A DNA stretch of 64,000 nt, taken from positions 33,600 to 97,599 of the forward strand of contig CAZSZC010000002.1 of assembly GCA_964610775.1 (NCBI GenBank). The letters are read 5' to 3'. Origin of the DNA: an uncultured Candidatus Saccharibacteria bacterium (GTDB taxonomy: Bacteria > Patescibacteriota > Saccharimonadia > Saccharimonadales > JACQNP01). The position numbers were made by a program, and so were the translations under genes. This document shows, piece by piece, positions 8,848 through 18,193 of the stretch (the first letter of the stretch is position 1; each line of letters starts with the position of its first letter). The notes under the pieces are model-generated. The model was not told the origin of the DNA. It saw only the letters and a program-made list of their open reading frames with translations, and searched no databases.

Positions 8848-9360
8848 GTGAATGCTAAATCTTTTGTTGTTATCGCCCATGATATTCGAAGTTGTCTTAA
8901 TATTGGCAGCTTATTGAGAACAGCCGATGGACTTGGTGTCGATAAGCTGTACCTAACTGGCTACACACCCTATCCATTATCAAATCATGACGACAGACTA
9001 CCTCACCAAGCCCAAAAAATTCATAATCAAATTCATAAATCCGCTCTTGGTGCTGAAGACATAGTCAATTGGGTACACGAGTCAGACGTACATAAGGTAA
9101 TCAAGAAACTAAAAGACCAAGGTTACGAAATATTTGCACTTGAGCAAAGTGCCAAATCGATCGACCTTAGACAGCTCACGCCTCCACAGAAAATAGCACT
9201 ACTACTTGGTCGTGAAGTTGAAGGCATAGACTCTGAACTACTCGATGAATGTAATCAGATTATAGAAATACCAATGCGCGGCAAAAAAGAATCATACAAC
9301 GTAGTCCAGGCCTTTGCCATGGCTGGTTACCAAATACGGTTCGGACAATTTGTTAAGTAA
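8848..9360 (+). CDS. SpoU/TrmH-family RNA 2'-O-methyltransferase
   Basis: 170 aa; SPOUT-fold motifs (LLLGREVEGI, IPMRGKKESYNVVQAFAM). Confidence 0.7.
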   Translation: MNAKSFVVIAHDIRSCLNIGSLLRTADGLGVDKLYLTGYTPYPLSNHDDRLPHQAQKIHNQIHKSALGAEDIVNWVHESDVHKVIKKLKDQGYEIFALEQSAKSIDLRQLTPPQKIALLLGREVEGIDSELLDECNQIIEIPMRGKKESYNVVQAFAMAGYQIRFGQFVK

Positions 9361-9490
9361 TACTTACGCTTGTATAATAAATTACGTGCAGCGGACAGCT
9401 CAACAAAAAAACATCCACCAAAAAAAACGCTACGGCTACCACCAAAAAAGATCAAAACGATTTGGTAGTACGTATTTTCCTTATTTGCCA

Positions 9491-10300
9491 ATGATCCTGA
9501 TACTATTTGTAAGTGTTATTCTCAGTGGCTATACGCCAAGACGCGGCACACTAGCATACGCGACAGAAATGAGCCAACAATCGCTTCTCAATGCAACTAA
9601 CTCTGAAAGAACAAATAACGGTAAAACTACGCTAAAACTAAACAGTACCTTGTCTCAAGCCGCCCAAGCCAAAGCTAATGACATGACAGCAAGGAACTAT
9701 TGGTCTCATAAAACGCCCGAAGGACAAGACCCGTGGGTGTTCTTTAATAAAGTCGGTTATAGTTACCTGAAGGCTGGCGAAAATCTTGCCTACGGATTTA
9801 CGACCAGTCGCGACACCGTTACAGGGTGGATGAATAGCCCTTCGCACAGAGATAATCTTCTTGATCCTGACTTTAGTGAAGTCGGCTTCGGGTACGCAAA
9901 TAGTAGCAATTATAACAAGGCTGGGCAGGAAACAGTTGTTGTGGCCATGTATGGCAACCCTCAAAAAACTACACCAAGCCAACAACAATCCCCACAAACC
10001 CTCGCTGGACCAGAAACTCCTAAACCAACAATTAATCAGCCCGTAACAGCAAATACGACTAGACCAATTACAAGAGTAGAAACTATAACCGGCGGTAAAG
10101 CTCCATGGGCGATGACTGCGATTGGCTTTCTGGCGGGCACCATGGTTATGTTCCTAATGCTGCGTTATGGCTTCCGAATTAAAAAACTCATTGGTGACAG
10201 TGAGAATTTCATACTTCACCACCCACTTATAGACGGAACTCTAGTAGCGCTGGTTGTATTATGTTTAGTTTTATCGAGAACAGTTGGCTTTATTCACTAG
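9491..10300 (+). CDS. membrane-anchored CAP/SCP (PR-1-like) domain protein
   Basis: Start moved to the ATG at 9491 to remove overlap with the TrmH gene. N-terminal TM helix, CAP-domain core (GQDPW...SPSHRDNLLDPDFSEVGFGYA...VVVAMYG), Pro/Thr/Gln-rich linker, C-terminal TM helix. Confidence 0.6.
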   Translation: MILILFVSVILSGYTPRRGTLAYATEMSQQSLLNATNSERTNNGKTTLKLNSTLSQAAQAKANDMTARNYWSHKTPEGQDPWVFFNKVGYSYLKAGENLAYGFTTSRDTVTGWMNSPSHRDNLLDPDFSEVGFGYANSSNYNKAGQETVVVAMYGNPQKTTPSQQQSPQTLAGPETPKPTINQPVTANTTRPITRVETITGGKAPWAMTAIGFLAGTMVMFLMLRYGFRIKKLIGDSENFILHHPLIDGTLVALVVLCLVLSRTVGFIH

Positions 10301-10305
10301 AATAA

Positions 10306-13300
10306 TCAGTTTAATCGTACGTTGTTTGAGCCGACAATATCGCTTATAAGAGCTATATTTTCATCAGATGCCGAAGTTCTTTGAGGCAAGCGAATGGCTT
10401 GACGATCACTATCATTGCCAAGTACTAAAACTACTTCCGTATCACCGGGAGCCGCTGTTATTGTTTCTTTTAAATTAATCAGTTGTTGCGTATCATCACT
10501 AGAGTGCATGCGAATATATATACGTTTTAGTTGTTCCTGAATAGTTTCTTTTTTTGGCATCACCCTTGCTTTTTTTGTTACAAGTTTTTTAGGAGATTTA
10601 CCAGTTGGCTTATATGCGCTTGCCTGTTCAGCCGTAAGTTCTCTTGCATCATCAATAAGTAATTTGGCCTCCTGGGTTAAGTTTCCTTCCTTATCTTTGG
10701 CGGTTATTTTACCTTTCACCAAGACTATATTATCGCGCTCCCAAATACCTAAAGTCTGTTGATAAATGTTAGGAAAGATTATGAGTTCTAGTTCCGAAAA
10801 TGAATCGGCTACTTTAACAAAAGCCATCTTTTGACCGTTTTTTGTGGTAATCTCTTTAGATTCAAGGATAATGCCTCCTATTGTAACTGACTTATTATCA
10901 TGTTCGGGCTTAATTTCACTAATTGGTACCGTCAGCTCAGACAGCATTGCCTCGTAGCTTTGAAGTGGATGTTGACTGAGATAAATACCTAGCAATTCAC
11001 GCTCCCATTGCAGTTGCTCGCGTTCTGGAATCGAAACATCTGGCGACTGTAACAGAAGAGCAGTTTTTACCGATTCGCCAGATACGGATCCGAAGAGGTC
11101 AGTTTGGCCAGAGAGTTTTTGCTTCTGCTCTTTGTTTGCATAAGCCAGTAGAACGTCAAGATTATGCAACAAGAAACTACGGTCATTAAAATTATCGAAT
11201 GCGCCTGACTTTATTAAACTTTCTAAAACCTTACGATTTACCTGCTTTACACTAACTCTCTCAAAAAAATCTTCAAGTGAAGAAAATTCACCTGCTTCTC
11301 TCGCCCTCAGAACCTCCTCCACGGCGCCTGTACCTACATTTTTTATCGCCGCCATGCCAAATCTAATTTGATTAGTCTCTGGCACAACCGCAAACTCCAC
11401 GAACGATTCATTAACGTCTGGTGGTAATACTTGAATACCAATGTGTTTACACTCATTCATTTCAATAGCCAACCTATCTGTATCGTCGTAATCACTAGTC
11501 ATTAGGGCTGCCATAAAGGCGGCTGGATAGTTAGCCTTTAGATAGGCCGTCCAGTAAGCAATGAGTGCATAGCACGAAGAGTGAGCCTTTGGAAATGCAT
11601 AGGACGCAAATGCCTCTAACTGCTTCCAAAAGACTTCCATCGCTTTACGATCTGCACCGACGGTTTTAACAGCACCCTCTATAAACTCGCTTTTAAATCT
11701 AGCTAGTACTTCCGGAATTTTTTTCCCAATACCTTTTCTAAGAGTATCAGCCTGACCACCAGTAAATCCACACATCTCTTTACTGATCTGCATTACCTGC
11801 TCTTGATAGACAATAACTCCGTAGGTATTTGCAAGTGCAGGTTTCATGGCTGGATGTAAGTAACTTATTTCTTTCTCTCCATGTTTCCTAGCAATAAAGT
11901 CATCAATCCACTGCATTGGTCCTGGCCTATAAAGTGCATTCATAGCGATTAAATCGTCAAACACTGTCGGTTTCAACTCTTTAAGGTAGCGTTTCATGCC
12001 AGCCGATTCAAACTGGAAAACGCCAGTTGTGTCTCCGCGCTGAAAAAGCTCAAAAGTTTTATCGTCGTCAAGAGGAATGGCGTTAAAATCTATATCTTGG
12101 TTATAAACCTTTTTGATGATACGCAAAGCATTTTTAATGATCGTTAAGTTAGATAATCCCAGGAAATCCATCTTAAGCAGACCAAGCTCCTCAATAGGGC
12201 CCATTGAGTACTGCGTAGCCACCACCCCCTTCTGTGCCATTTCTAGTGGCACAAACTCTACTATTTTGTCAGGAGCTATAACCACACCCGCTGCGTGAAC
12301 CCCGTGACTGCGAATAGTGCCCTCTAGCTGAACAGCTAGATCAAAGACCTTCTTGGATTGTTCGTTATGTTCATACTCCTGCTTTAAATCAGGGTCATCT
12401 TTTAATGACTTAACCAAGGGTATGTGCCGACCCTGAATGGGGGGTGGGATCATCTTGGCTAAACGATCGGCATCAGCGTAGGGAACTTGAAGTACTCTAG
12501 CTACATCCCTAACAGCATTTCTGGCAGCCATCTTACCAAACGTAACTATATTAGCTACTCTATCTTCACCATATTTGGCTACACAATACTGGATCACTTC
12601 GTCGCGTCTGGAATCTTGAATATCAATATCAATATCAGGCATTGATATGCGATCGGGGTTTAAAAACCGTTCAAATAGCAAATCATACTTTAGAGGATCA
12701 AGTTCGGTAATCTTTAGACTATACGCAATAATCGACCCAGCAGCACTTCCACGACCCGGACCAAATACAATACCTTTATTTTTTCCCCAGTTTATGAAGT
12801 CTTGAATTATCAAGAAGTAGCCATTAAATCCCATACTATCAATGACACCAAGTTCATATTTCGCACGGTCTTGAACGTGTACTGGAATTGACTTCTTAGC
12901 AGAGCTTATTGATAGCTTACTGGTTTTTTCTTCCTCCACACCACCATATCTCCAAGCTAGACCTCGATAGACCAAATCCTCGAGGTGTGTTTTTTCTGTC
13001 TTACCTTTAGGTACCTCAAATTTTGGTATTAATATTTTGCCAAGTTCAATTTCAATATCACACCGCTCGGCAATTTTAGAGGTGTTTTTGATAACTTCGG
13101 GGTGTGACTTGCCCCAACGCTCAATTATTTCAGCTGGGTCTGTCAAGTGTAGTTCCATATCCTTGAGAGACATGCGCTTTTCATCAGATAAGAATGAGCC
13201 AGTCTGTACGCAGAGTAAAACTTCGTGCGCTTCTTGATCCTGATGTGTTAAATAGTGAGCGTCACATGTTAGTACGCAAGGCACTTCAAGCTCTTCAGAG

Positions 13301-13917
13301 AGTTTAAATAATTGTTCGTTAACCCTTACCTGTTCGTCCCACTTTGAGGGATGATCAGGGTGGCCATGATCCTGAACCTCTAAGAAATAACGATCATCAA
13401 ATACTGACCTATACCAACCGGCAACTTCTTTGGCCTTATCATACTGCTCCTGACGTAAAGCGTCGGCAACTTCGCCACCTATACAGCCACTTAAAACGAT
13501 TAAACCTTCATTGTATTTTTTAAGTAACTCGTGGTCTATGCGCGGTTTATAGTAAAATCCTCTTAAATTAGCCTCTGTGCTCAATCGCATCAAGTTTTTG
13601 TAGCCCTTGATATTCATAGCTAACAAGATCAAGTGGTAATATACTTTATCTTTGCCAGCATCCTTATCTTCCATAGAACGAGCAGCTACATAGGCTTCGA
13701 TGCCTAGAATCGGCTTCACACCCTCCGACTTAGCCTGTTTATAGAACTCAATAACGCCGGATAAAGTACCGTGGTCAGTTATAGCTACTGACTCCATGCC
13801 AAGTTTTTTTGTATATTCAATCAATGCCGGTATCTTGCTCAAACCATCGAGCAAACTGTAGTGTGTATGATTATGCAGATGAACGTAGTCACTGCTTTTT
13901 AGCATTGTCTTAGTCAC
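10306..13917 (-). CDS. dnaE: DNA polymerase III alpha subunit
   Basis: 1203 aa; N-terminal PHP domain (HLHNHTHYSLLDG), polymerase core and an OB-fold region follow. Confidence 0.95.
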   Translation of the reverse strand: MTKTMLKSSDYVHLHNHTHYSLLDGLSKIPALIEYTKKLGMESVAITDHGTLSGVIEFYKQAKSEGVKPILGIEAYVAARSMEDKDAGKDKVYYHLILLAMNIKGYKNLMRLSTEANLRGFYYKPRIDHELLKKYNEGLIVLSGCIGGEVADALRQEQYDKAKEVAGWYRSVFDDRYFLEVQDHGHPDHPSKWDEQVRVNEQLFKLSEELEVPCVLTCDAHYLTHQDQEAHEVLLCVQTGSFLSDEKRMSLKDMELHLTDPAEIIERWGKSHPEVIKNTSKIAERCDIEIELGKILIPKFEVPKGKTEKTHLEDLVYRGLAWRYGGVEEEKTSKLSISSAKKSIPVHVQDRAKYELGVIDSMGFNGYFLIIQDFINWGKNKGIVFGPGRGSAAGSIIAYSLKITELDPLKYDLLFERFLNPDRISMPDIDIDIQDSRRDEVIQYCVAKYGEDRVANIVTFGKMAARNAVRDVARVLQVPYADADRLAKMIPPPIQGRHIPLVKSLKDDPDLKQEYEHNEQSKKVFDLAVQLEGTIRSHGVHAAGVVIAPDKIVEFVPLEMAQKGVVATQYSMGPIEELGLLKMDFLGLSNLTIIKNALRIIKKVYNQDIDFNAIPLDDDKTFELFQRGDTTGVFQFESAGMKRYLKELKPTVFDDLIAMNALYRPGPMQWIDDFIARKHGEKEISYLHPAMKPALANTYGVIVYQEQVMQISKEMCGFTGGQADTLRKGIGKKIPEVLARFKSEFIEGAVKTVGADRKAMEVFWKQLEAFASYAFPKAHSSCYALIAYWTAYLKANYPAAFMAALMTSDYDDTDRLAIEMNECKHIGIQVLPPDVNESFVEFAVVPETNQIRFGMAAIKNVGTGAVEEVLRAREAGEFSSLEDFFERVSVKQVNRKVLESLIKSGAFDNFNDRSFLLHNLDVLLAYANKEQKQKLSGQTDLFGSVSGESVKTALLLQSPDVSIPEREQLQWERELLGIYLSQHPLQSYEAMLSELTVPISEIKPEHDNKSVTIGGIILESKEITTKNGQKMAFVKVADSFSELELIIFPNIYQQTLGIWERDNIVLVKGKITAKDKEGNLTQEAKLLIDDARELTAEQASAYKPTGKSPKKLVTKKARVMPKKETIQEQLKRIYIRMHSSDDTQQLINLKETITAAPGDTEVVLVLGNDSDRQAIRLPQRTSASDENIALISDIVGSNNVRLN

Positions 13918-13994
13918 ATTACCCCTTTACTACATTTTAATAAATTAGTGCCTTTTGTTCGACACTATTTATTACAACGGTTGAGGAGCTATGC

Positions 13995-14405
13995 TTATTT
14001 GGAGTTTTTTGAGGCGTAAATTTTTAGATGAGAAATTGAGGTTCTTAGATCCTGTACGGCATTATTGAGATCTTCGTCATCGGCCTCACCGTTGTTTAGG
14101 GCACGCACGACTTCGCGTGCTTTATCTTTAGCTATCTGCGCCCTGACTATTGCTTCTTGTAATTCTGCTTTTGCTGCACCACTAAGACTTTTTAGGCGAG
14201 AATTTGCATCCTTTAGTAACTTGGAAGCGTCGGCCTGTAAGGATTTTATTTTGGCTTCCATCTGTTCTTTTGTAGCAATTGCCGTGTTCTTCAAGTCCTG
14301 TCGTGTTTCTTTGCCACTTTTTGGCGCCGTTAATATACCTGCGACATAGCCAGCTGCGGCCGCTAAAACAACACCTATTGCAACGTTTCTAGTATTCTTT
14401 GACAT
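13995..14405 (-). CDS. YtxH-domain membrane protein
   Basis: 136 aa; N-terminal TM helix followed by APKSGKETR, then coiled-coil Ala/Lys-rich region, typical of YtxH. Confidence 0.6.
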   Translation of the reverse strand: MSKNTRNVAIGVVLAAAAGYVAGILTAPKSGKETRQDLKNTAIATKEQMEAKIKSLQADASKLLKDANSRLKSLSGAAKAELQEAIVRAQIAKDKAREVVRALNNGEADDEDLNNAVQDLRTSISHLKIYASKNSK

Positions 14406-14408
14406 AAT

Positions 14409-14651
14409 CTATCTCCTCTTACTTTTAGTTACACTACCAAGGGCATTAACAAGTGATGCCAGTATTCTTATTATGGACATGGACTTTATTGAAGCCTCCA
14501 CAGATTCACTTACTTGCTCAGCTTTTTCTGAAAGTCTGTTAAGGCTTTTTAGTAATCTAATTATTAATACCAAAGAAATGATACCGAGAATCAAAAAAAC
14601 TGCCAGCGCACTGGACAAAATAATAACTAAAACCTGCTCTGCCTCGTTCAT
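14409..14651 (-). CDS. DUF948-like small membrane protein
   Basis: 80 aa; single N-terminal TM plus short helical tail; commonly paired with YtxH; 3-nt gap to the YtxH gene. Confidence 0.55.
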   Translation of the reverse strand: MNEAEQVLVIILSSALAVFLILGIISLVLIIRLLKSLNRLSEKAEQVSESVEASIKSMSIIRILASLVNALGSVTKSKRR

Positions 14652-14678
14652 AGTATGATTATACCATATTATTGCAAT

Positions 14679-15572
14679 CTACACTATAGAGCGTAGATAT
14701 GTAATGAAGTCATCTTTGACATCATCATGCTTTAATGCAAAGTCTACGACGGTTTTCAGGTACTCTAGTTTATTTCCTGTATCATAATATCTGCCATTCT
14801 CGATTTCTAGACCGTACACATTATGGCCATCGTTTATCATCTGTTGAATCGATGGTTGTTGAATAAATTCTTCACCTTCGATTCTAGAATCTTTTGCCTT
14901 TTGTAGATACGTAAATAGTTCAGGCGTAAACACGTAGCCGCTCACACTCGCTAGATTACTTGGAGCATTATCTTTGCCAGGTTTCTCAATAATCTCACTG
15001 ATTTTTATCAACCCCTCTTTAATGGGCTGACCGGCCACAATACCATACCGACTATAATCTTCATCCCTCTCAACAGGAATGCAAGTCAAAACACAGGCAC
15101 CTGTCTGTTCATAAACCTCTATCATTTGTTTGAATCGTGATTTAGGCTCGGCAACCACAAAGTCATCGGCAAATGTATAAATAAAAGGTTCATCACCTAT
15201 TAGATGCTCGGCGTTCAAGATTGGCATTGCATTGCCGTATGGACCCTTTTGGCGAATATAGGCAAAATTAGCCAAATCGGATATTTTTTTTGTTTGATCA
15301 AGTAGCTCAGTTTTGCCACCCTGCTTCAGGTTTAATCGCAGTTCAGCGCTAATATGATCAAAATGGTCCTCGATTGAACGCTTGTGATAGCCTGTAACTA
15401 TAACAATGTCTTCAATACCTGCATCAACCAATTCTTCAACAATATATTGGATGATTGGCTTATCAACGAGTGGAAGCATTTCCTTTGGCATTGCTTTGGT
15501 TTGGGGCAAGAAACGCGTGCCAAAGCCAGCAGCCGCAATCACAGCTTTTCTAACTGTTTGTGTATTTTTCAT
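14679..15572 (-). CDS. galU: UTP--glucose-1-phosphate uridylyltransferase
   Basis: 297 aa; AVIAAAGFGTRFLPQTKAMPKEMLPLVDKPIIQY is the GalU signature. Confidence 0.85.
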   Translation of the reverse strand: MKNTQTVRKAVIAAAGFGTRFLPQTKAMPKEMLPLVDKPIIQYIVEELVDAGIEDIVIVTGYHKRSIEDHFDHISAELRLNLKQGGKTELLDQTKKISDLANFAYIRQKGPYGNAMPILNAEHLIGDEPFIYTFADDFVVAEPKSRFKQMIEVYEQTGACVLTCIPVERDEDYSRYGIVAGQPIKEGLIKISEIIEKPGKDNAPSNLASVSGYVFTPELFTYLQKAKDSRIEGEEFIQQPSIQQMINDGHNVYGLEIENGRYYDTGNKLEYLKTVVDFALKHDDVKDDFITYLRSIV

Positions 15573-15638
15573 AGTTACTCCATTGTAACATCTAACAATA
15601 TTTACGGCAGGCTAAACTTGTACTACAATGATTTAACT

Positions 15639-16358
15639 ATGAAGTCAAATGTATTGGGTCTCACATTACTAGGTGCAGCTGTTCACGAACGAGTTACGCC
15701 AAAATATACTGATTGGCCATTTCATAACCAACAACACGCTGATCAAGTTACTTTAGATGCAATGAAGCTAGCTAATTTCTGCGAAAAGAATGGTCTGAGC
15801 TCCGATCGTTCTGTAATTCTAGTCGCAGCTCAGTATCATGATGCACTATTCCATGAGCATTCACTCGGTAGTGGATTTTCTAGTGCAGAGCGTCAGTCAG
15901 CGGCAATTGCGATGGAAGAATCATACGATCTAGGTTTTACTGATAGCCAAATTGAGCATGTTGGCGCATGTATTGAAAGTACGGAACGTGGCGTTAGCTG
16001 CCAGTCATTAGAGGCAAAAATTATTCGCCGTGCTGACCTTGCTAACTTAGGCGGTTCACTTGGTGGATTTGTAATTTCTTCGTTCAAACTATATAACGAG
16101 CTACACATGCAAAAAAGATTCCCTGGTGACTGGATTAGCTTAATTCAGGGGTCTAGGGCAAGTTTAGCTGATTATTTATCTGAGGATATTAGTTTCGGTG
16201 AATTTGATCGCCACCACAATAAATCACTTTGGTTGATTCAGACCGAGAGAAATCTTAGGATATTAGATCGAATTGTAGCCCAGCCAGCTGAAAGCGCAAA
16301 CACACTACTTAATAAGATTCTGGAACGAGCAAGCTCTATAAACCGAGCTGCTTCTTAA
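15639..16358 (+). CDS. HD-domain phosphohydrolase-like protein
   Basis: Start moved to the ATG at 15639; the caller's upstream 85 codons run antisense through galU. H...HD pattern (QQHADQV ... YHDALFHEH). Confidence 0.55.
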   Translation: MKSNVLGLTLLGAAVHERVTPKYTDWPFHNQQHADQVTLDAMKLANFCEKNGLSSDRSVILVAAQYHDALFHEHSLGSGFSSAERQSAAIAMEESYDLGFTDSQIEHVGACIESTERGVSCQSLEAKIIRRADLANLGGSLGGFVISSFKLYNELHMQKRFPGDWISLIQGSRASLADYLSEDISFGEFDRHHNKSLWLIQTERNLRILDRIVAQPAESANTLLNKILERASSINRAAS

Positions 16359-17784
16359 TGAGCTGTTGGGCAATACCTGGATTTGCCTTACCTTGACTAG
16401 CCTTCATAACCTGTCCAACTAAGAAACCAATAGCCTTCATTTCACCGTTTTTGACATCTTCAGCAGCTTTAGAGTTTTCAGCCAAAACTCCAGCCACAAT
16501 CTTTTCAATTTCAGCTGAATCAGAAACCTGTAGCAAATTATTTTTCTCAGCTATCTCTTCTGGGTCGGTGTTCGAATTAAACATTTCGAGCCAAACTTCT
16601 TTAGTCGCCGATGAACTTAGTTTGTTTTCTGCGACTAGGTTTGAAAGTTTAACTGCATTTTGCCAAGACACTGGCCACGGTGCATCATCTTGTAAATCAT
16701 CACTAATGCTCGCGACATTCACCACCCACAGAGCAACACGACGAGCTGCCTCATCGTTACTATTTTCTCTAATATCTTTTAAGAATCTCCCGGCTCTAGG
16801 ATCAATTAATAGTGTTTCGGCTGTAGCGGTGTCTAGTTTAAGTTCACTATATAACTGTCTGTATACGCTCGGCAGAGTTGGCATATTCTTTTTGACTTCT
16901 TCTATGTAAGATTCATCAATTTCTACAGGTGGGATATCAGGATCAGGGAAATATCGATAATCGTGAGCATCTTCTTTGCTTCGCTGACTAAATGTTTTTT
17001 GATTCGCATCATCCCAACCACGTGTTTCTTGGATTACCTTTTCACCTCGAATCAGTAATTCTGTTTGCCGCTTTATTTCATATTCGACAGCTTTTTCAAC
17101 TGCTCTAAAGCTATTAATATTTTTAGTTTCGGTGCGTAACCCCAGCTTATTGGGGTCATCACTAATACTGACATTAACATCAAAACGCATATTACCATGA
17201 TATAAATCAACATCAGATACACCAGAATATTTCATGAGCAGCCAAAGTTCATACGCATATGCTCTAGCTTCCTCGGCGCTATGTATATCGGCTTCAGATA
17301 CAATTTCTAGAAGTGGGGTACCTGCACGATTGAGATCAACTAGACTATAGTCTTTACCCATTGGATGAGTACTTTTACCAGCATCCTCCTCAATTTGAAC
17401 CCTGTTAATACGGATAGTCCTGTGTTCGCCGTCGACATTAATACTTACTATGCCACCTACGACAATCGGCTGACTCAGTTGGGATATCTGATAACCTTTA
17501 GGTAAATCTGGGTAAAAGTAGTGTTTTCGTTCAAAAACACTGTACTTTTGTGGCTCAACACCGAGAGCAAAAGCTGCTCGAGAAGCATATTCTAAGACCT
17601 TTTCATTTAAGACAGGCAATGCTCCGGGCATGCCTAAACAAATATGGCTAACCAGTGTGTTCGGTTCAGCATTTCTAGCATCATTTGGTACCGCAGCAAA
17701 CAACTTGGTAACAGTCTTTAGCTGAACATGGCATTCAACACCTATGGTGGGTAAATAATCGTTATTTGTTTTTTGTTTGCTCAC
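16336..17784 (-). CDS. gatB: Asp-tRNA(Asn)/Glu-tRNA(Gln) amidotransferase subunit B
   Basis: 482 aa; PTIGVECHVQL N-terminus and the C-terminal YqeY-like GatB domain. Confidence 0.9.
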   Translation of the reverse strand: MSKQKTNNDYLPTIGVECHVQLKTVTKLFAAVPNDARNAEPNTLVSHICLGMPGALPVLNEKVLEYASRAAFALGVEPQKYSVFERKHYFYPDLPKGYQISQLSQPIVVGGIVSINVDGEHRTIRINRVQIEEDAGKSTHPMGKDYSLVDLNRAGTPLLEIVSEADIHSAEEARAYAYELWLLMKYSGVSDVDLYHGNMRFDVNVSISDDPNKLGLRTETKNINSFRAVEKAVEYEIKRQTELLIRGEKVIQETRGWDDANQKTFSQRSKEDAHDYRYFPDPDIPPVEIDESYIEEVKKNMPTLPSVYRQLYSELKLDTATAETLLIDPRAGRFLKDIRENSNDEAARRVALWVVNVASISDDLQDDAPWPVSWQNAVKLSNLVAENKLSSSATKEVWLEMFNSNTDPEEIAEKNNLLQVSDSAEIEKIVAGVLAENSKAAEDVKNGEMKAIGFLVGQVMKASQGKANPGIAQQLIKKQLGL

Positions 17785-18193
17785 TTTTCAGTGCTCCTAC
17801 GTCTCTCAAAGCTTGCCTATAAGCAATAAGTGCTTCTTTAACATCAATCTCTTTAAGCCTGCTAAGCTCTTCGGAGGCAATTTTTTTATAAAGATTATGG
17901 GCAAACCATATGCCGTCATTATCTGTAAAAACCTTTTGCGCCGATACCATTCGTTCTCCCATAGTTTTGCCTTTAAACTTCCGCTTTTTCAAGGCTTTGT
18001 CCAATAGATTGTCGGCTTTGGTAAGAGCTTCAGGCCAAGTCTTCCTGTCTTTACAAAGAGTCTGCAAATCTTTCCATTGCTTTGCGAAATTATCTGACTT
18101 TAGCCTCTTAGGTATCTTTCTATATATAAAAAACAATACCGATACAGCAAGCATGGCTCCACAGGCAATTAATGCAATTAATTCGGGACTCAT
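17762..18193 (-). CDS. hypothetical membrane-anchored protein inserted between gatA and gatB
   Basis: 143 aa; one N-terminal TM helix then a Lys-rich helical domain; 4-nt overlap with gatA stop and 23-nt overlap with gatB start. Confidence 0.5.
   Translation of the reverse strand: MSPELIALIACGAMLAVSVLFFIYRKIPKRLKSDNFAKQWKDLQTLCKDRKTWPEALTKADNLLDKALKKRKFKGKTMGERMVSAQKVFTDNDGIWFAHNLYKKIASEELSRLKEIDVKEALIAYRQALRDVGALKSEQTKNK

Noticed and set aside
9314-9490. 5' extension of the CAP-domain ORF overlapping the TrmH-family gene by 47 nt
   Set aside because: The extension translates to low-complexity basic sequence (from an A-rich tract). The first ATG followed by a hydrophobic helix is at 9491, which removes the overlap.
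9361-9490. A-rich tract (CAACAAAAAAACATCCACCAAAAAAAACGC...) as a possible repeat element or sRNA
   Set aside because: Simple homopolymer-rich promoter/leader sequence with no internal repeat unit or stable secondary structure that I could see.
15384-15638. ORF-caller extension of the HD-domain gene back through the 5' end of galU
   Set aside because: These 85 codons are antisense to the conserved galU N-terminus and have no SD. An in-frame ATG at 15639 gives a sensible start after the galU start codon region.
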